From NCBI GenBank assembly GCA_016212505.1, contig JACRGB010000021.1, forward strand, positions 1 to 55,671: 55,671 nucleotides of DNA, in the 5' to 3' direction. Both the position numbers and the translations under genes were made by a program. The DNA is from Candidatus Micrarchaeota archaeon. GTDB taxonomy: Archaea; Micrarchaeota; Micrarchaeia; Anstonellales; Bilamarchaeaceae. Below the pieces are notes generated by a model. The model saw only the letters and a list, made by a program, of their open reading frames with translations. It was not told the DNA's origin and made no database searches. Shown one piece after another: positions 19,203-29,412 of this stretch. Positions within the stretch are counted from its first letter, which is position 1. Each line of letters opens with the position of its first letter.

Positions 19203-20081
19203 ATGATGAGACGTGTTGGTGGGGTGTTAACGGCCCCTGTTGGTCCGCAGGCTTCACCTTTTTCCGGAAAACTGCTGGATAATCGGTTCCGTATTGGCGA
19301 GAGATTGGCTGTGGGTGGTTTTGGCATGATTTATGCAGCCACTGATATTGCCACAGGCTCAAAAATAGTAGTTAAGACCTTAATTGCTGAAGGTGCACCT
19401 GGATCATTTCCATCTAATGCTTTTAGGAGGGAAATTTTAGCAAATTCCATGCTCCATCATCCTAATTTAGTTCGATTTGTCTATTCTGGCTATGCAGATT
19501 TTGGTTCTTTTATGGTCCAAGAGTTTTTTCCTGCAAAAACGTTCGCAGACTTTTTCGATTTCTGCTCCCCATCCTGGCCCGCGAGGATGCAGGATGCTCG
19601 TCCTGTTCTTATTGCAGTTGCAAAAGCTTTGGAACATAGCCACTCGCAAGGTATTATTCATGCCGATCTCAAACCCGCAAATATCCTTGTTGCTTCCTAT
19701 TCGGAAAGCGATATTCGCCTTATCGACTTTGGACTTTGCAGGTTTTTAGATCAGTCATTGAATTTTGGTATTGGTCTGCACACTTCTGGCAGTGACCGTT
19801 ATATGGCTCCAGAGCAATGCCTGTCTAATGGGATTATTGATGAACGCACCGATGTATATACACTTGGGATAGTTATTGGTGAAGTTTTGGATCAAATATT
19901 CTGTCCACAATCCCCTTCTTCCGGAGCTATCCAAATAACTGCAAGAGTTTCCGAGTCACTCACAGCTATGCTTAAGCGGGCAACTTCGCGCATTCCCAAT
20001 ATGAGATTTCCTAATATGAGCGAATTCCGAAAGGCAATTGAGGCTCTTTTTACTCCTGAAAACACCGTAGAAATATTTTGA
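19203..20081 (+). CDS. Hanks-type Ser/Thr protein kinase, kinase domain only
   Basis: GGFGMIY, VVK, HADLKPAN, DFG, YMAPE, DVYTLG. Confidence 0.9.
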   Translation: MMRRVGGVLTAPVGPQASPFSGKLLDNRFRIGERLAVGGFGMIYAATDIATGSKIVVKTLIAEGAPGSFPSNAFRREILANSMLHHPNLVRFVYSGYADFGSFMVQEFFPAKTFADFFDFCSPSWPARMQDARPVLIAVAKALEHSHSQGIIHADLKPANILVASYSESDIRLIDFGLCRFLDQSLNFGIGLHTSGSDRYMAPEQCLSNGIIDERTDVYTLGIVIGEVLDQIFCPQSPSSGAIQITARVSESLTAMLKRATSRIPNMRFPNMSEFRKAIEALFTPENTVEIF

Positions 20082-20203
20082 CTTATCCCCAGTTCTCTGT
20101 TTTTTTGCCTTGGGAGCAACTATTTATACCTTAATCTTTTAACTCAAAGTAAGATTTTATCGCTTAGCAAATAATCGGCGAACAAATTTGGATTGATTGA
20201 ACT

Positions 20204-22372
20204 ATGGAACTAATCGTAGCAGAAAAGCCAAAAGTAGCGGAAAAAATTGCGCACGCTATCTCGGATAAGGTCGAGAAGAAAGTCCATGGCGGCATTAGCT
20301 ATTACGAATTAGAGCGCGATGGAGAAGAAATATTTGTCGCCCCGGCCGTAGGGCACGTTTTTACGTTAGTTGAAAAGCAAAAAGGCAGCGGTTACCCTTC
20401 TTTTGACATTGAATGGGTTCCTGCATATAAGGCAAATCCAAAGATTGCTGCCTATACCAAGCCATATATCGAGCTTCTCCAAAAATTGGGGCGAAAGGCA
20501 GATCATTTTGTTTCAGCTTGCGACTATGATGTTGAAGGAAGCACGATCGCCTATAATGTCTTTAGATTTGCCACTACCATAAAAGAAGGAAGCAGGATGA
20601 AATTTTCCGCTTTAACCAAGAGCGACCTTGCCGAGGCATACGAGAAGCGCGGCGATTTCGATTATAATAATGCCTACGCCGGTGAAACAAGGCATATTTT
20701 GGACTGGTATTATGGTATCAACTTAAGCCGGGCACTTATGAGTTCGCTTCGGGCGGCCTCAAGGTATCGGGTTCTGTCTATTGGAAGAGTTCAGGGTCCG
20801 GCACTTGAAGTTTTGGCTACTTTGGAAAAGGAAATCCGCGCATTTGTTCCAACTCCCTATTGGGAAATCAGCGCAAAAATTAACGAAATAGAATTTATGC
20901 ACAAAAACGGCAGGTTCGATCACGAACCAGATGCTGACTCTGCATATGAAAAAACAAATGGCAAAGCTGAAATCAAAAGTGTCGAAAAGAAAGAACAGGA
21001 TGTTCCGACGCCATCAAATTTTGACTTAACTTCGCTGCAGATGGAGGCGTATAGGCTATTCAAATACTCGCCAAGCAGGGTTATGGAAATTGCGCAAAAC
21101 TTATATGAAGCATCAGTAATTACCTATCCAAGAACCTCTTCGCAAAAAATTCCCGATTCAATAAATGTAAAGGCAATACTTGCAGATCTGGGCAAAACCA
21201 CCGACTACTCGTCCCTTGTCAAAAAATTAACGCAAAATAAGTGGTTTACCCCTGTACAGGGAAAGAAAGAGGATCCTGCGCATCCGGCAATCCATCCTAC
21301 TGGCTTGCATTCATCGGCAGCAGGACCGGAAAAAAATCTTTATGATTTAATAGTCCGAAGGTTCCTTTCCTCATTTGCCCCAAAGGCAACTCGCGAGCGG
21401 ATGCGCGTGGAAGCAGATTCAAATGGCCAGCTATACGCTGCGTCAGGAAGCCGGCTGAAGGATAAGGGCTGGGTAGAATTTTACGGGGACTATTACACTC
21501 AGGAAGACACTGAGCTTCCGCCGTTTAAGGTAGGCGAAAAGCATAGCTTAAATGATAAGAAAAAAGAAAGGAAAGAAACCAAGCCTCCGAAAAGATACAC
21601 CCAGGCATCTATTGTTTCCGAACTGGAAGATCGCCACCTTGGCACCAAGTCAACCCGATCGGTAATTGTCGATACCCTTGTAAAAAGGGGATATGCCCAA
21701 GGCACCTCATCACTCGAAATCAGCGATTTTGGGATTAAGGTTTGCGATGTCCTGATGAAATACGCCCCTGAAATCCTAGATGAAAACTTAACAAGAAAGA
21801 TAGAAGATGAGATGGAAGGGATCCAGGAAGGCAAAGTCAACAAGGATGAAGTAGTTAAGGAAGGGAAAGAAATACTCATCCAAATTTTGGATAAGTGGAA
21901 GAAAAACGAAGCGAAAATCGGGACCGATTTGCTGGATGCTCTTAAAAATACTGAGGATAAGGAGCGTTTAGTTGGTACTTGCGATAAGTGCGGAAAGCAG
22001 CTTCGGATAATCCGGATGCGCTTTGGAAAGCAATTTATTGGTTGCTCTGGATATCCTGATTGCAGGAACGCATATCCGCTTCCTGGCGGTGCTTTTGTTA
22101 AGGTTACCGAAAAGCTCTGCGCCACCTGTAACAAGCCAACCGTGTTTGTAAAGCGGGCAAAGGCCAGGCCATTTACGATGTGCATTGACCCCAAATGCCC
22201 GACAAAAGCATCTTGGGGAAAGAAACCGGAAAAAAACGAAACAGAAAAAACCGGAAAAACAAAAGGCGGCGAACAAACAGAAGATAGCAAACAAAAAACT
22301 GAAGCTGGCGAAACTGCTGGCACAGTTGGCGTTGCTGACCCAACTAGTGATTCTGATGAGGAAAATCCTTAA
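20204..22372 (+). CDS. topA: Type IA DNA topoisomerase
   Basis: AEKP TOPRIM, DYDVEG, SIGRVQ, ITYPRT active site, C-terminal Zn ribbons. Confidence 0.96.
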   Translation: MELIVAEKPKVAEKIAHAISDKVEKKVHGGISYYELERDGEEIFVAPAVGHVFTLVEKQKGSGYPSFDIEWVPAYKANPKIAAYTKPYIELLQKLGRKADHFVSACDYDVEGSTIAYNVFRFATTIKEGSRMKFSALTKSDLAEAYEKRGDFDYNNAYAGETRHILDWYYGINLSRALMSSLRAASRYRVLSIGRVQGPALEVLATLEKEIRAFVPTPYWEISAKINEIEFMHKNGRFDHEPDADSAYEKTNGKAEIKSVEKKEQDVPTPSNFDLTSLQMEAYRLFKYSPSRVMEIAQNLYEASVITYPRTSSQKIPDSINVKAILADLGKTTDYSSLVKKLTQNKWFTPVQGKKEDPAHPAIHPTGLHSSAAGPEKNLYDLIVRRFLSSFAPKATRERMRVEADSNGQLYAASGSRLKDKGWVEFYGDYYTQEDTELPPFKVGEKHSLNDKKKERKETKPPKRYTQASIVSELEDRHLGTKSTRSVIVDTLVKRGYAQGTSSLEISDFGIKVCDVLMKYAPEILDENLTRKIEDEMEGIQEGKVNKDEVVKEGKEILIQILDKWKKNEAKIGTDLLDALKNTEDKERLVGTCDKCGKQLRIIRMRFGKQFIGCSGYPDCRNAYPLPGGAFVKVTEKLCATCNKPTVFVKRAKARPFTMCIDPKCPTKASWGKKPEKNETEKTGKTKGGEQTEDSKQKTEAGETAGTVGVADPTSDSDEENP

Positions 22373-23579
22373 CTACGATGTTTCTGGAAAAACAATTTTT
22401 GTACGTGTTGATCTGAATTCTCCTGTTGAAAATGGAAAAATAACCGCAAGCAGCCGGATTTATGCTCATGCCAAAACTATTCATGAACTTAGCCACCGGG
22501 GTGCAAAAGTAGTTGTTTTATCTCATCAGGGCCGCGATGGCCACCCAGACTTCATAAGCCTCGAGCAGCACGCCAAATTGCTTCATGATATCTTAAGGCA
22601 CGATGTCCATTTTGTTGATGATGTAATTGGCGAAAAAGCCAAAAAGGCAATAGCCGGCCTGAAAAATGGTGAGGTACTGGTACTGGACAACGTCCGTTTC
22701 CTGCACTGCGAAACCCACCACAGCCACGATGTTGAAAATGAGCTGGTTGCCCACCTTGCGCCTTTAGCTGATTACTATGTTATTGATGCGCTTTCAGTTG
22801 CGCACCGAAACCACTCGAGCGTAGTCGGCTTTTCGAAAAAACTCCCCTGTTTTGCAGGCGATATCCTTGCGTCTGAGATCGAGGCGGTTTCAAAAGTCCG
22901 CCACAGCCACGATGTAACGTTTATTTTCGGCGGATCGAAAGTGGATGATTCATTTGCTGTTATGAAAAAATGGCTCAGCGACCGGCGCGCCCGTGAAGTC
23001 CTTGTTACCGGCGCACTTTCAGTCCTACTTCTTTATGCAAAAGGATATTCCGTAGGCGGCTCTTATGATTATTTAAAAAATTCAGGCCTTCTCACGCATG
23101 TTCCTGATGCAAAAGCGCTCCTTGAGCAGTTCGGTGGCCAGATAATCCTACCTGTTGATGTTGGGCTTTCAATTGATATGAAACGGGAAGAATGTGACTC
23201 TGATAAGATAGAAAAAGGCCAGATCTGGGATATCGGCGAGAAAACCATTGCTGCTTATGTTGAAAAAATTAGCAAATCTTCCTGTATTGTTATGAATGGC
23301 CCGGCAGGAGTCTATGAACTTGAGGATTTTTCAAAAGGCACAAAAGCCTTGCTAAAGGCAGTTGCTGATTGCGATGCTTTTTCCCTGCTAGGAGGAGGCC
23401 ATACGATAGCAGCTATTGAAAAGCTAGGAATCGACAAAAAATATTTTGGCTATGTCTCTTTATCTGGAAAAGCTCTGATAGAATACCTTTGCGGAAAATC
23501 ATTGCCTGGCCTGCTTATGCTAGATGAAAATGAATTGCATTTTCCGAATGTTCATGCGACAAAGGCTGTGAATCATTAG
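22356..23579 (+). CDS. pgk: Phosphoglycerate kinase
   Basis: VRVDLNSP, SHQGR, AHR, GGSKV, WDIG, NGPAG, GGGHT; start at MRKIL. Confidence 0.95.
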   Translation: MRKILNYDVSGKTIFVRVDLNSPVENGKITASSRIYAHAKTIHELSHRGAKVVVLSHQGRDGHPDFISLEQHAKLLHDILRHDVHFVDDVIGEKAKKAIAGLKNGEVLVLDNVRFLHCETHHSHDVENELVAHLAPLADYYVIDALSVAHRNHSSVVGFSKKLPCFAGDILASEIEAVSKVRHSHDVTFIFGGSKVDDSFAVMKKWLSDRRAREVLVTGALSVLLLYAKGYSVGGSYDYLKNSGLLTHVPDAKALLEQFGGQIILPVDVGLSIDMKREECDSDKIEKGQIWDIGEKTIAAYVEKISKSSCIVMNGPAGVYELEDFSKGTKALLKAVADCDAFSLLGGGHTIAAIEKLGIDKKYFGYVSLSGKALIEYLCGKSLPGLLMLDENELHFPNVHATKAVNH

Positions 23580-23595
23580 GCGCTGATCGAAGTTT

Positions 23596-23931
23596 TCATC
23601 CCTGAGCTGGTTTTGGAACTATGTTTCCCTCTTCTGCAATATCTTCATTTTCTTTTGCCGCAACCTGCAATGCAAACTTATGGAGGTAGATAAGTGCTTT
23701 GCTTGATTCATTAACTTTATAGAGCTCCGCCCGTCCTATGCTTCTTGTTTTTTCTACAAAGCCCCATCTTTCAAGCAGTGGAAATATCTCATTTACTGTT
23801 TGCCATTGCAAATTGCATTCTCTTGCTATATCTGCTTTTGAAAAATCTATTTCTGGAAAATCTATCAAATACTCAAGAACTTTCGCCATTGAATGCTGTT
23901 TAAAAATTTCTGTTAACATGTTAGAATACAT
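23596..23931 (-). CDS. Winged-helix DNA-binding protein
   Basis: KVLEYLID...DFSKADIAREC...VEKTRSIGRAELYKVN pattern. Confidence 0.7.
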   Translation of the reverse strand: MYSNMLTEIFKQHSMAKVLEYLIDFPEIDFSKADIARECNLQWQTVNEIFPLLERWGFVEKTRSIGRAELYKVNESSKALIYLHKFALQVAAKENEDIAEEGNIVPKPAQG

Positions 23932-23940
23932 GAAGAGAAA

Positions 23941-24000
23941 TATTTATAAAGTATCTGTTTGAATACCTATTCAATATATGTTTAAATCAATATTGATATC
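23941..24000. promoter_or_regulatory. Divergent promoter region with two inverted repeats
   Basis: TTTATAAA and TTTAAA boxes; TTGAATAccTATTCAA (23959-23974) and ATCAATATTGAT (23986-23997). Confidence 0.55.
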
Positions 24001-24015
24001 AACCATAATAAATAC

Positions 24016-24282
24016 GTGAAGATTATGCCAGAAGTTTATTTAGATCCAAGAAAAAAGATTTTGTCTAAACTATTTCTACATCGTTACATAGGTGGCAAGC
24101 ATACCGAAGTTAGAAATATCCTCAAGGGTTTTCCTCAGGAAAAACACGATGAAATTCAACAGATAATAAAGGATCTGAATAATGAAGGTCTCCTTTTAAT
24201 TTATCCTAAAACTAATCAAATGCACTGTAGTTTAAATCCTGCTACTTTGAATTATGTTAAACAAGAGCTGGGCATTATTTGA
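24016..24282 (+). CDS. Small hypothetical protein with IGGKHT motif
   Basis: Clean 88-aa ORF, KILSKL..RYIGGKHT..NILKGFP..SLNP. Confidence 0.7.
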   Translation: MKIMPEVYLDPRKKILSKLFLHRYIGGKHTEVRNILKGFPQEKHDEIQQIIKDLNNEGLLLIYPKTNQMHCSLNPATLNYVKQELGII

Positions 24283-24294
24283 TAGAGGTTCTCC

Positions 24295-25569
24295 ATGTCA
24301 ATTCTCATAAAAGATGCTACAATACTTACTCCTTCTGGCCCACTTCAGGGAAATCTTTTTATTGAAGAAAATTTAATTTCTCAAATTTCAAAATCGCCAA
24401 TAACAGAAAAAGCGGAATTTGTTGTTGATGGCCGGAAAAGGATTGTTATTCCCGGCCTAGTCAACACCCATACCCATGTTTCCCTTTCGATCCTTCGGGG
24501 TTATGGAGAAAATCTCCCCCTCCAGCAGTGGCTAAGTGAAAAAATCTGGCCTGCTGAAGCAAAACAATCCCCCAAAGACATTGAAGCTTCCGCACTTCTT
24601 TCGTTCTGCGAAATGGTCCGCTCAGGGACCACAACGTTTGCAGATATGTGCATATTTGATTCGAAAGAGGTTTTTGATGCAGCAACAAAAGTTGGCATGA
24701 GGGGGATAATTTCCCGGGCTGGAATTGATTTTGGAACATTTAGTAAAAATAAATTAACTGAAATAACTTCTTCGCTCAATTCTTCGTCCGAATATTCAAA
24801 TGAATTAGTAAAACCTTCGGTTGCTGCACACGCAGCCTATACTTGTTCGGAAGAATTGCTCATAAAAACAAAAGAACTCGCAACAAAAAAGAAATTGAAG
24901 TACCAAATCCACGTCAGCGAAACCAGAAAAGAAGTTTTTGATATTTTAAAAAGGACAAAAAAATATCCCTTCGAATATTTGGATTCGATAGGGCTTATGG
25001 ACCAGGATTCAATATTTAGCCATGCAGGCTGGCTGACAAAAAAGGAAATTGGTTTGGCCGGCAAGCAAGGGGTCAGTATTGCCAGCTGCCCGATTAGCAA
25101 TCTTAAGCTTGCTACCGGCGGGATCGCCCAGCTTTATGAACTTGATCAGGCAGGAGCCAACGTTTCTTTGGGAACCGATAGTGCTGCGAGCAACAACTCT
25201 TTGAATATGTTCGAAACTATGAAGATGGCAAGCCTATTGCAAAAGCACCACTACTGGAAAGCCGACATAATTGGCCCGAAGAAAATATTCGAGTTTGCAA
25301 CAATAAACGGGGCAAAAGCAATTGGTCTTAAGGATGCCGGAACAATTGAAGTTGGCAATTTGGCAGACCTTCTTATCCTGGATCGCGGCCCAAACCTTTA
25401 TCCGGAGCACGATCTCTATTGTAATTTAGTCTATTCAGCTGGACCCCAGAATGTCCGTGATGTAATTGTTAATGGAAAATTCGTTATGCGAGATCGGGTT
25501 ATTACAACTATTGCTGAAGAACAAATTCTGGAAAATGCAAATAAATCTGCCACCAATCTAGTAAAATAA
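24295..25569 (+). CDS. mtaD: Amidohydrolase, MTA/SAH deaminase family
   Basis: PGLVNTHTH, HAAYTCS, IHVSET, CPISNLKL, LGTDSAASNN. Confidence 0.85.
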   Translation: MSILIKDATILTPSGPLQGNLFIEENLISQISKSPITEKAEFVVDGRKRIVIPGLVNTHTHVSLSILRGYGENLPLQQWLSEKIWPAEAKQSPKDIEASALLSFCEMVRSGTTTFADMCIFDSKEVFDAATKVGMRGIISRAGIDFGTFSKNKLTEITSSLNSSSEYSNELVKPSVAAHAAYTCSEELLIKTKELATKKKLKYQIHVSETRKEVFDILKRTKKYPFEYLDSIGLMDQDSIFSHAGWLTKKEIGLAGKQGVSIASCPISNLKLATGGIAQLYELDQAGANVSLGTDSAASNNSLNMFETMKMASLLQKHHYWKADIIGPKKIFEFATINGAKAIGLKDAGTIEVGNLADLLILDRGPNLYPEHDLYCNLVYSAGPQNVRDVIVNGKFVMRDRVITTIAEEQILENANKSATNLVK

Positions 25570-25602
25570 GTAAAGGTCTGGTGGTTTAGCCAATATTATA
25601 TT

Positions 25603-27252
25603 CTAGAAAAGTATCTTTATGGCAGCGTACTGAACCATACTAATCGCGAAATTGAGTCCCTGGGCTCCGTTGCGTCCAAGCGAATTGATCCCCAAAAGAT
25701 CACCGCTCTCAAAATCCCAGAGCCCACCGCCGCTATTGCCCGGGTTGATCGCAGTATCTGTTTGTATTACTGCACCGTAGCAATAGTCTGTAAAGCAGCC
25801 GATATTCCGTATGGCTGATACTGTTCCTTGGGTAACCGTAAACTCCAGGCCATACGGGTTGCCCACCGCTACCACAGGGGTACCGACAGCCGGGTAATTT
25901 GTCTCGCTGAAAGTTGCCGTTGGGTATTTTTGTAATGATAGCGGTACGTATAGGAGTGCCAGATCATAATGCTCTTTATTGAACCGTAGTTTACTGGCAT
26001 ATCCTATGCGGCCGTCATAAAACTTTACCCTCACATAACCTGGCAGGGATTGCACGCCAGTATCCGGATCAGTGTTCAGAGCCACATGCGCATTCGTCAA
26101 GACATAATAGCCGTTACCGTCTGTGCCTACCAGCACCCCACTACCCAAAAACCTGTCCGTTTGAATAATATATACTGTTTTTGCTTTCATGAAGCCAATT
26201 TTGGTGTTGGTAGAAAGTTTGCCATTCTCAAATACTACCGGTATGCCAAGGCTGCTGGAGACATCGGCCAACTGCTCTAAGCCATCACAAGTGCTGCCAA
26301 AAAAATCCACATCTGTTTTGCTGCCATTGCCGCTATCTTTGAACAACGCAAGGTCGTACAGGCCTGATAGTTCCCGGGCGGAGTTTCGGCATTCATTGAC
26401 TATGCCGGAGTCAACCGTCAGGGTACCAGTTTCAAATTTACTGGCAAAAGTGAATAAGCTTTTCATGGCCTTATTCGTCTTCTCCATATCGGAAATGTAA
26501 GTGTCTACCTTACTGCATGCTAATTCCGCGGTTCCAGAAGCAGAATCAAAGCCGTTACGGGACGCGCAGTCCTTCTTAATTTGCTGCAATGAAGTTTTAG
26601 CACTGTCCATGCTGTTTTTGATGCTGTTATAAGAATCTGAGAGCGAAGTCCTTCCAACCGGCTCATAACTGTAATTTTGGACCTGCTGCTGTACATTCTG
26701 CCATTGTTTGTCTATGTCCCCTTCTGCCTTGCGCCAGGTGGTGTATCCTTTGTACTTGGATACAAATTCATTATTTAATTTTGCATCCAATCCCAGCGAA
26801 CGGAGATCTCGGCATAGTACTTCGGCACTATCTAGGTTAATGTCCGCATTATTGTTATTTTTCAATGTCATCTTTGTCTTTTCAATATAAAAGAAGCAGT
26901 CGTCGATGCCTTTCCTATTTTGGCAGATGAGTTTAGTTATGTTAGAGGTTTCCTTGCCCTCCTTATCTATTTGGTTTAGCTTATCACACCCAGTATTTAT
27001 TATTGCAGAGTAGGCTGCGTAGTTGGAACTGAATGATTTTAGCAGCGTTATGTCCTGAAATTCAAGTAATGGAGTGGCGTTCTGGAAGGCACTACTGATC
27101 ATTTTATCCTGATCGCTGGCCTCAGCAGCATTGAACGCGGAAGTGAGGAAGCCGGCACATCCAAAAAGAAGCAAAGCTAAAACTGAAACAAGAACTAAGA
27201 GGAGTTTATTGTAATTATATTTTTTACCTTTTTTTCCATCTGGCGTCTGCAT
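25603..27252 (-). CDS. Membrane-anchored trypsin-like (HtrA/S1C) serine protease with helical N-terminal region, no PDZ
   Basis: GSG, LTNAHV, DLALL, QTDTAINPGNSGG catalytic triad; LLFGC leader. Confidence 0.88.
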   Translation of the reverse strand: MQTPDGKKGKKYNYNKLLLVLVSVLALLLFGCAGFLTSAFNAAEASDQDKMISSAFQNATPLLEFQDITLLKSFSSNYAAYSAIINTGCDKLNQIDKEGKETSNITKLICQNRKGIDDCFFYIEKTKMTLKNNNNADINLDSAEVLCRDLRSLGLDAKLNNEFVSKYKGYTTWRKAEGDIDKQWQNVQQQVQNYSYEPVGRTSLSDSYNSIKNSMDSAKTSLQQIKKDCASRNGFDSASGTAELACSKVDTYISDMEKTNKAMKSLFTFASKFETGTLTVDSGIVNECRNSARELSGLYDLALFKDSGNGSKTDVDFFGSTCDGLEQLADVSSSLGIPVVFENGKLSTNTKIGFMKAKTVYIIQTDRFLGSGVLVGTDGNGYYVLTNAHVALNTDPDTGVQSLPGYVRVKFYDGRIGYASKLRFNKEHYDLALLYVPLSLQKYPTATFSETNYPAVGTPVVAVGNPYGLEFTVTQGTVSAIRNIGCFTDYCYGAVIQTDTAINPGNSGGGLWDFESGDLLGINSLGRNGAQGLNFAISMVQYAAIKILF

Positions 27253-27364
27253 TTATTCACCAATCAGTCTCTGTCTGCAGCTTTAAAAGCTTTTTTCCGC
27301 GTATTTTTTCGTGCAGTTTACCCTTCAGCAGGGTTTTAGAAGGGGGACGTAGGCAATCGCCCTA

Positions 27365-27380
27365 CCGAAAAGTATTTAAA
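27365..27380 (+). promoter_or_regulatory. BRE/TATA promoter of tfb
   Basis: CCGAAAAG followed by TATTTAAA; GGGAGG RBS before the ATG. Confidence 0.7.
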
Positions 27381-27446
27381 TCCCTATTATCACTAAAATT
27401 ATGCAAATTCTTAAAAATGTTACTAAATGTTTGGGAGGAATAGAGT

Positions 27447-28358
27447 ATGTCAACTGCAACAAAATGTCCAGAATGTAAAAGTAAGAGAATTATTAGAGAT
27501 TATGAGAAAGGGGAACTCCTTTGCGGTAATTGTGGATTAATCATAGCAGACAATATTCACGATCTTGGTCCAGAGTGGCGTGCATTTGATGCCGAGCAAA
27601 AGGAAAAGAAAGCAAGAGGAGGGGCTCCAATAAAGTACATGAAGCCAAATAAAGGCCTTGTAACAGAAATCGACCAATACAACAGGGACATCCGGGGAGG
27701 CAAAATCAGCCCCAAGAAACAGGCTCAGCTCTACCGTATGAGAAAATGGCACAAGAGGGTTTCTATTGCTACTTCAATGGAAAGAAACCTGGTCATTGCA
27801 CTGGCCGAATTGGACCGTGTTGCATCTGCACTCGGTCTTCCAGAGAACATAAAGGAAAGTGCTGCATTGCTTTACCGAAAGGCAGTTAAGGAAGAATTGA
27901 TCCGGGGAAGGTTGATCGAATCAGTTGTTGCTGCAGTTATCTATGGTATTTGCAGGATGCAGGGAATTCCAAGAACCTTAGACGAAATCTCCCGCGCATC
28001 GGGCATTGAGAAAAAGGAAATAGGCCGGGCATACCGGTTCCTCAAGAGCGAACTGAAAATCGATGTTCCTCTTACCGATCCGGCCCAATATGTCCCTAAA
28101 TTCTCGACCGCACTACGTTTGGGTGGGGAAGTTCAGGATGAGGCAGTAAAATTAATCAAAAAAGCCCTGAAAAAGGGCCTTATTTCCGGGCGTGGCCCAA
28201 CCGGCGTTGCCGCTGCGGCAGTTTACATTGCGAGCGCAATGCACGGCGAGAAAAAGACCCAGAAAGAAGTTGCTGATGTTGCTGGAGTAACTGAAGTAAC
28301 TATCCGGAACAGGTACCGCGAGCTCAAAAAAGAATTGGGCCTTAAGGTTAATCTGTAA
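27447..28358 (+). CDS. tfb: Transcription initiation factor IIB
   Basis: CPEC...CGNCG Zn ribbon, GPEWRAF, two cyclin repeats, VTEVTIRNRY. Confidence 0.98.
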   Translation: MSTATKCPECKSKRIIRDYEKGELLCGNCGLIIADNIHDLGPEWRAFDAEQKEKKARGGAPIKYMKPNKGLVTEIDQYNRDIRGGKISPKKQAQLYRMRKWHKRVSIATSMERNLVIALAELDRVASALGLPENIKESAALLYRKAVKEELIRGRLIESVVAAVIYGICRMQGIPRTLDEISRASGIEKKEIGRAYRFLKSELKIDVPLTDPAQYVPKFSTALRLGGEVQDEAVKLIKKALKKGLISGRGPTGVAAAAVYIASAMHGEKKTQKEVADVAGVTEVTIRNRYRELKKELGLKVNL

Positions 28359-28393
28359 AACGACCCTCTAATTTATTTTTTCTATTTTTTCAG

Positions 28394-28567
28394 TTATTTT
28401 TTACCTTTATCTTTCACTCCTAATTCGTCCCAAGGAGTCATGCCTGCTTTTCCAGGCCCCTTGGGTTCTACTAGGTGTTTCTTCCTGCCTAAAGCGCCTC
28501 TAAACGCTGGATCTATTTCTGTTCCATGGCGCTGGCCTTGTGAGTTGCTGTTTAATCGTTGAGTCAT
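28394..28567 (-). CDS. Small hypothetical protein (57 aa), probably leaderless
   Basis: MTQRLNSNSQGQRHGTEIDPAFRGALGRKKHLVEPKGPGKAGMTPWDELGVKDKGKK; TTTATAAA about 24 nt upstream. Confidence 0.5.
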   Translation of the reverse strand: MTQRLNSNSQGQRHGTEIDPAFRGALGRKKHLVEPKGPGKAGMTPWDELGVKDKGKK

Positions 28568-28648
28568 TATCTAATTAGTCCTAGATTATGTTTATAAATT
28601 GTTTTTTTTAAACATATATTATCATTTTCTATAAACCTGGGTGGCTTT

Positions 28649-29350
28649 ATGGGTGAAGTTATCGTTAGTCGGGAACCTAAGGGTTTTATGGACAGATCAC
28701 AAACTAAGGCCTTTGCTGCAGCTCTTTCACGTTTCGGGTTTAGGGAAACCACGCCAGTCTATAATGCGGCAGAAGGTAACTTTACTCCATTTTATTTAGT
28801 TCGTGAATCGCCTCAGTATAATCTTAAAATTTCTGGAACAATTCCCACCCTCCTCTATATCGCTACACTAGCTGAACTGGCCAGAACGGGCGGAGATGCT
28901 CATACCACATTTGATTCTGTCCCAGTTGAAGTTGCAATATCTTTCTCCATTGCTGCAACAAAAGGCCTTTCGCTATTACCTGTTGCATTTGACACTAAAG
29001 CGCATACTGTAGCTATCAGTTCATCTAGTTCAGCTGAGCAAATTTATTCTGCCTCACTTTGGTTTACCGATGATCCTCACCAGCTGATGGGCTGGGCAAC
29101 TTTGCTACACCACCAGATTTCTATTATTTCTGCTGGTCCAGTTCTAAGTGGTGCTGTTGATGCCCGTGCAATGGAGGCTAGCATTTCTAAAGCTCTTGAT
29201 GAAAATCGAACTAATGCACATCATCAGGGCATAAGCTCTTACATGACAAACGCCTTTGATTATCTGCAACAATGCTACGACCGGGCGATAGATGGCCTTC
29301 GGCAAAACCCGACTCTTGCTCAGGCGATGGATGCGGTTGTTGATAAATAA
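28649..29350 (+). CDS. Hypothetical protein
   Basis: 233-aa ORF filling the intergenic space; no recognised motif. Confidence 0.65.
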   Translation: MGEVIVSREPKGFMDRSQTKAFAAALSRFGFRETTPVYNAAEGNFTPFYLVRESPQYNLKISGTIPTLLYIATLAELARTGGDAHTTFDSVPVEVAISFSIAATKGLSLLPVAFDTKAHTVAISSSSSAEQIYSASLWFTDDPHQLMGWATLLHHQISIISAGPVLSGAVDARAMEASISKALDENRTNAHHQGISSYMTNAFDYLQQCYDRAIDGLRQNPTLAQAMDAVVDK

Positions 29351-29412
29351 CTTTTACTTGCTCTTTCACTTCCACCTACCTTTTAACTTCATCCAATTAA
29401 TAGCAAAAGAAT

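Noticed and set aside
21499-22323. 274-aa antisense ORF and the many other short overlapping ORFs in the track
   Set aside because: Shadow frames of well-supported genes, with no motifs or RBS.
22185-22355. N-terminal extension of PGK
   Set aside because: It is the alternate frame of the topA tail; PGK homology begins at ATG 22356.
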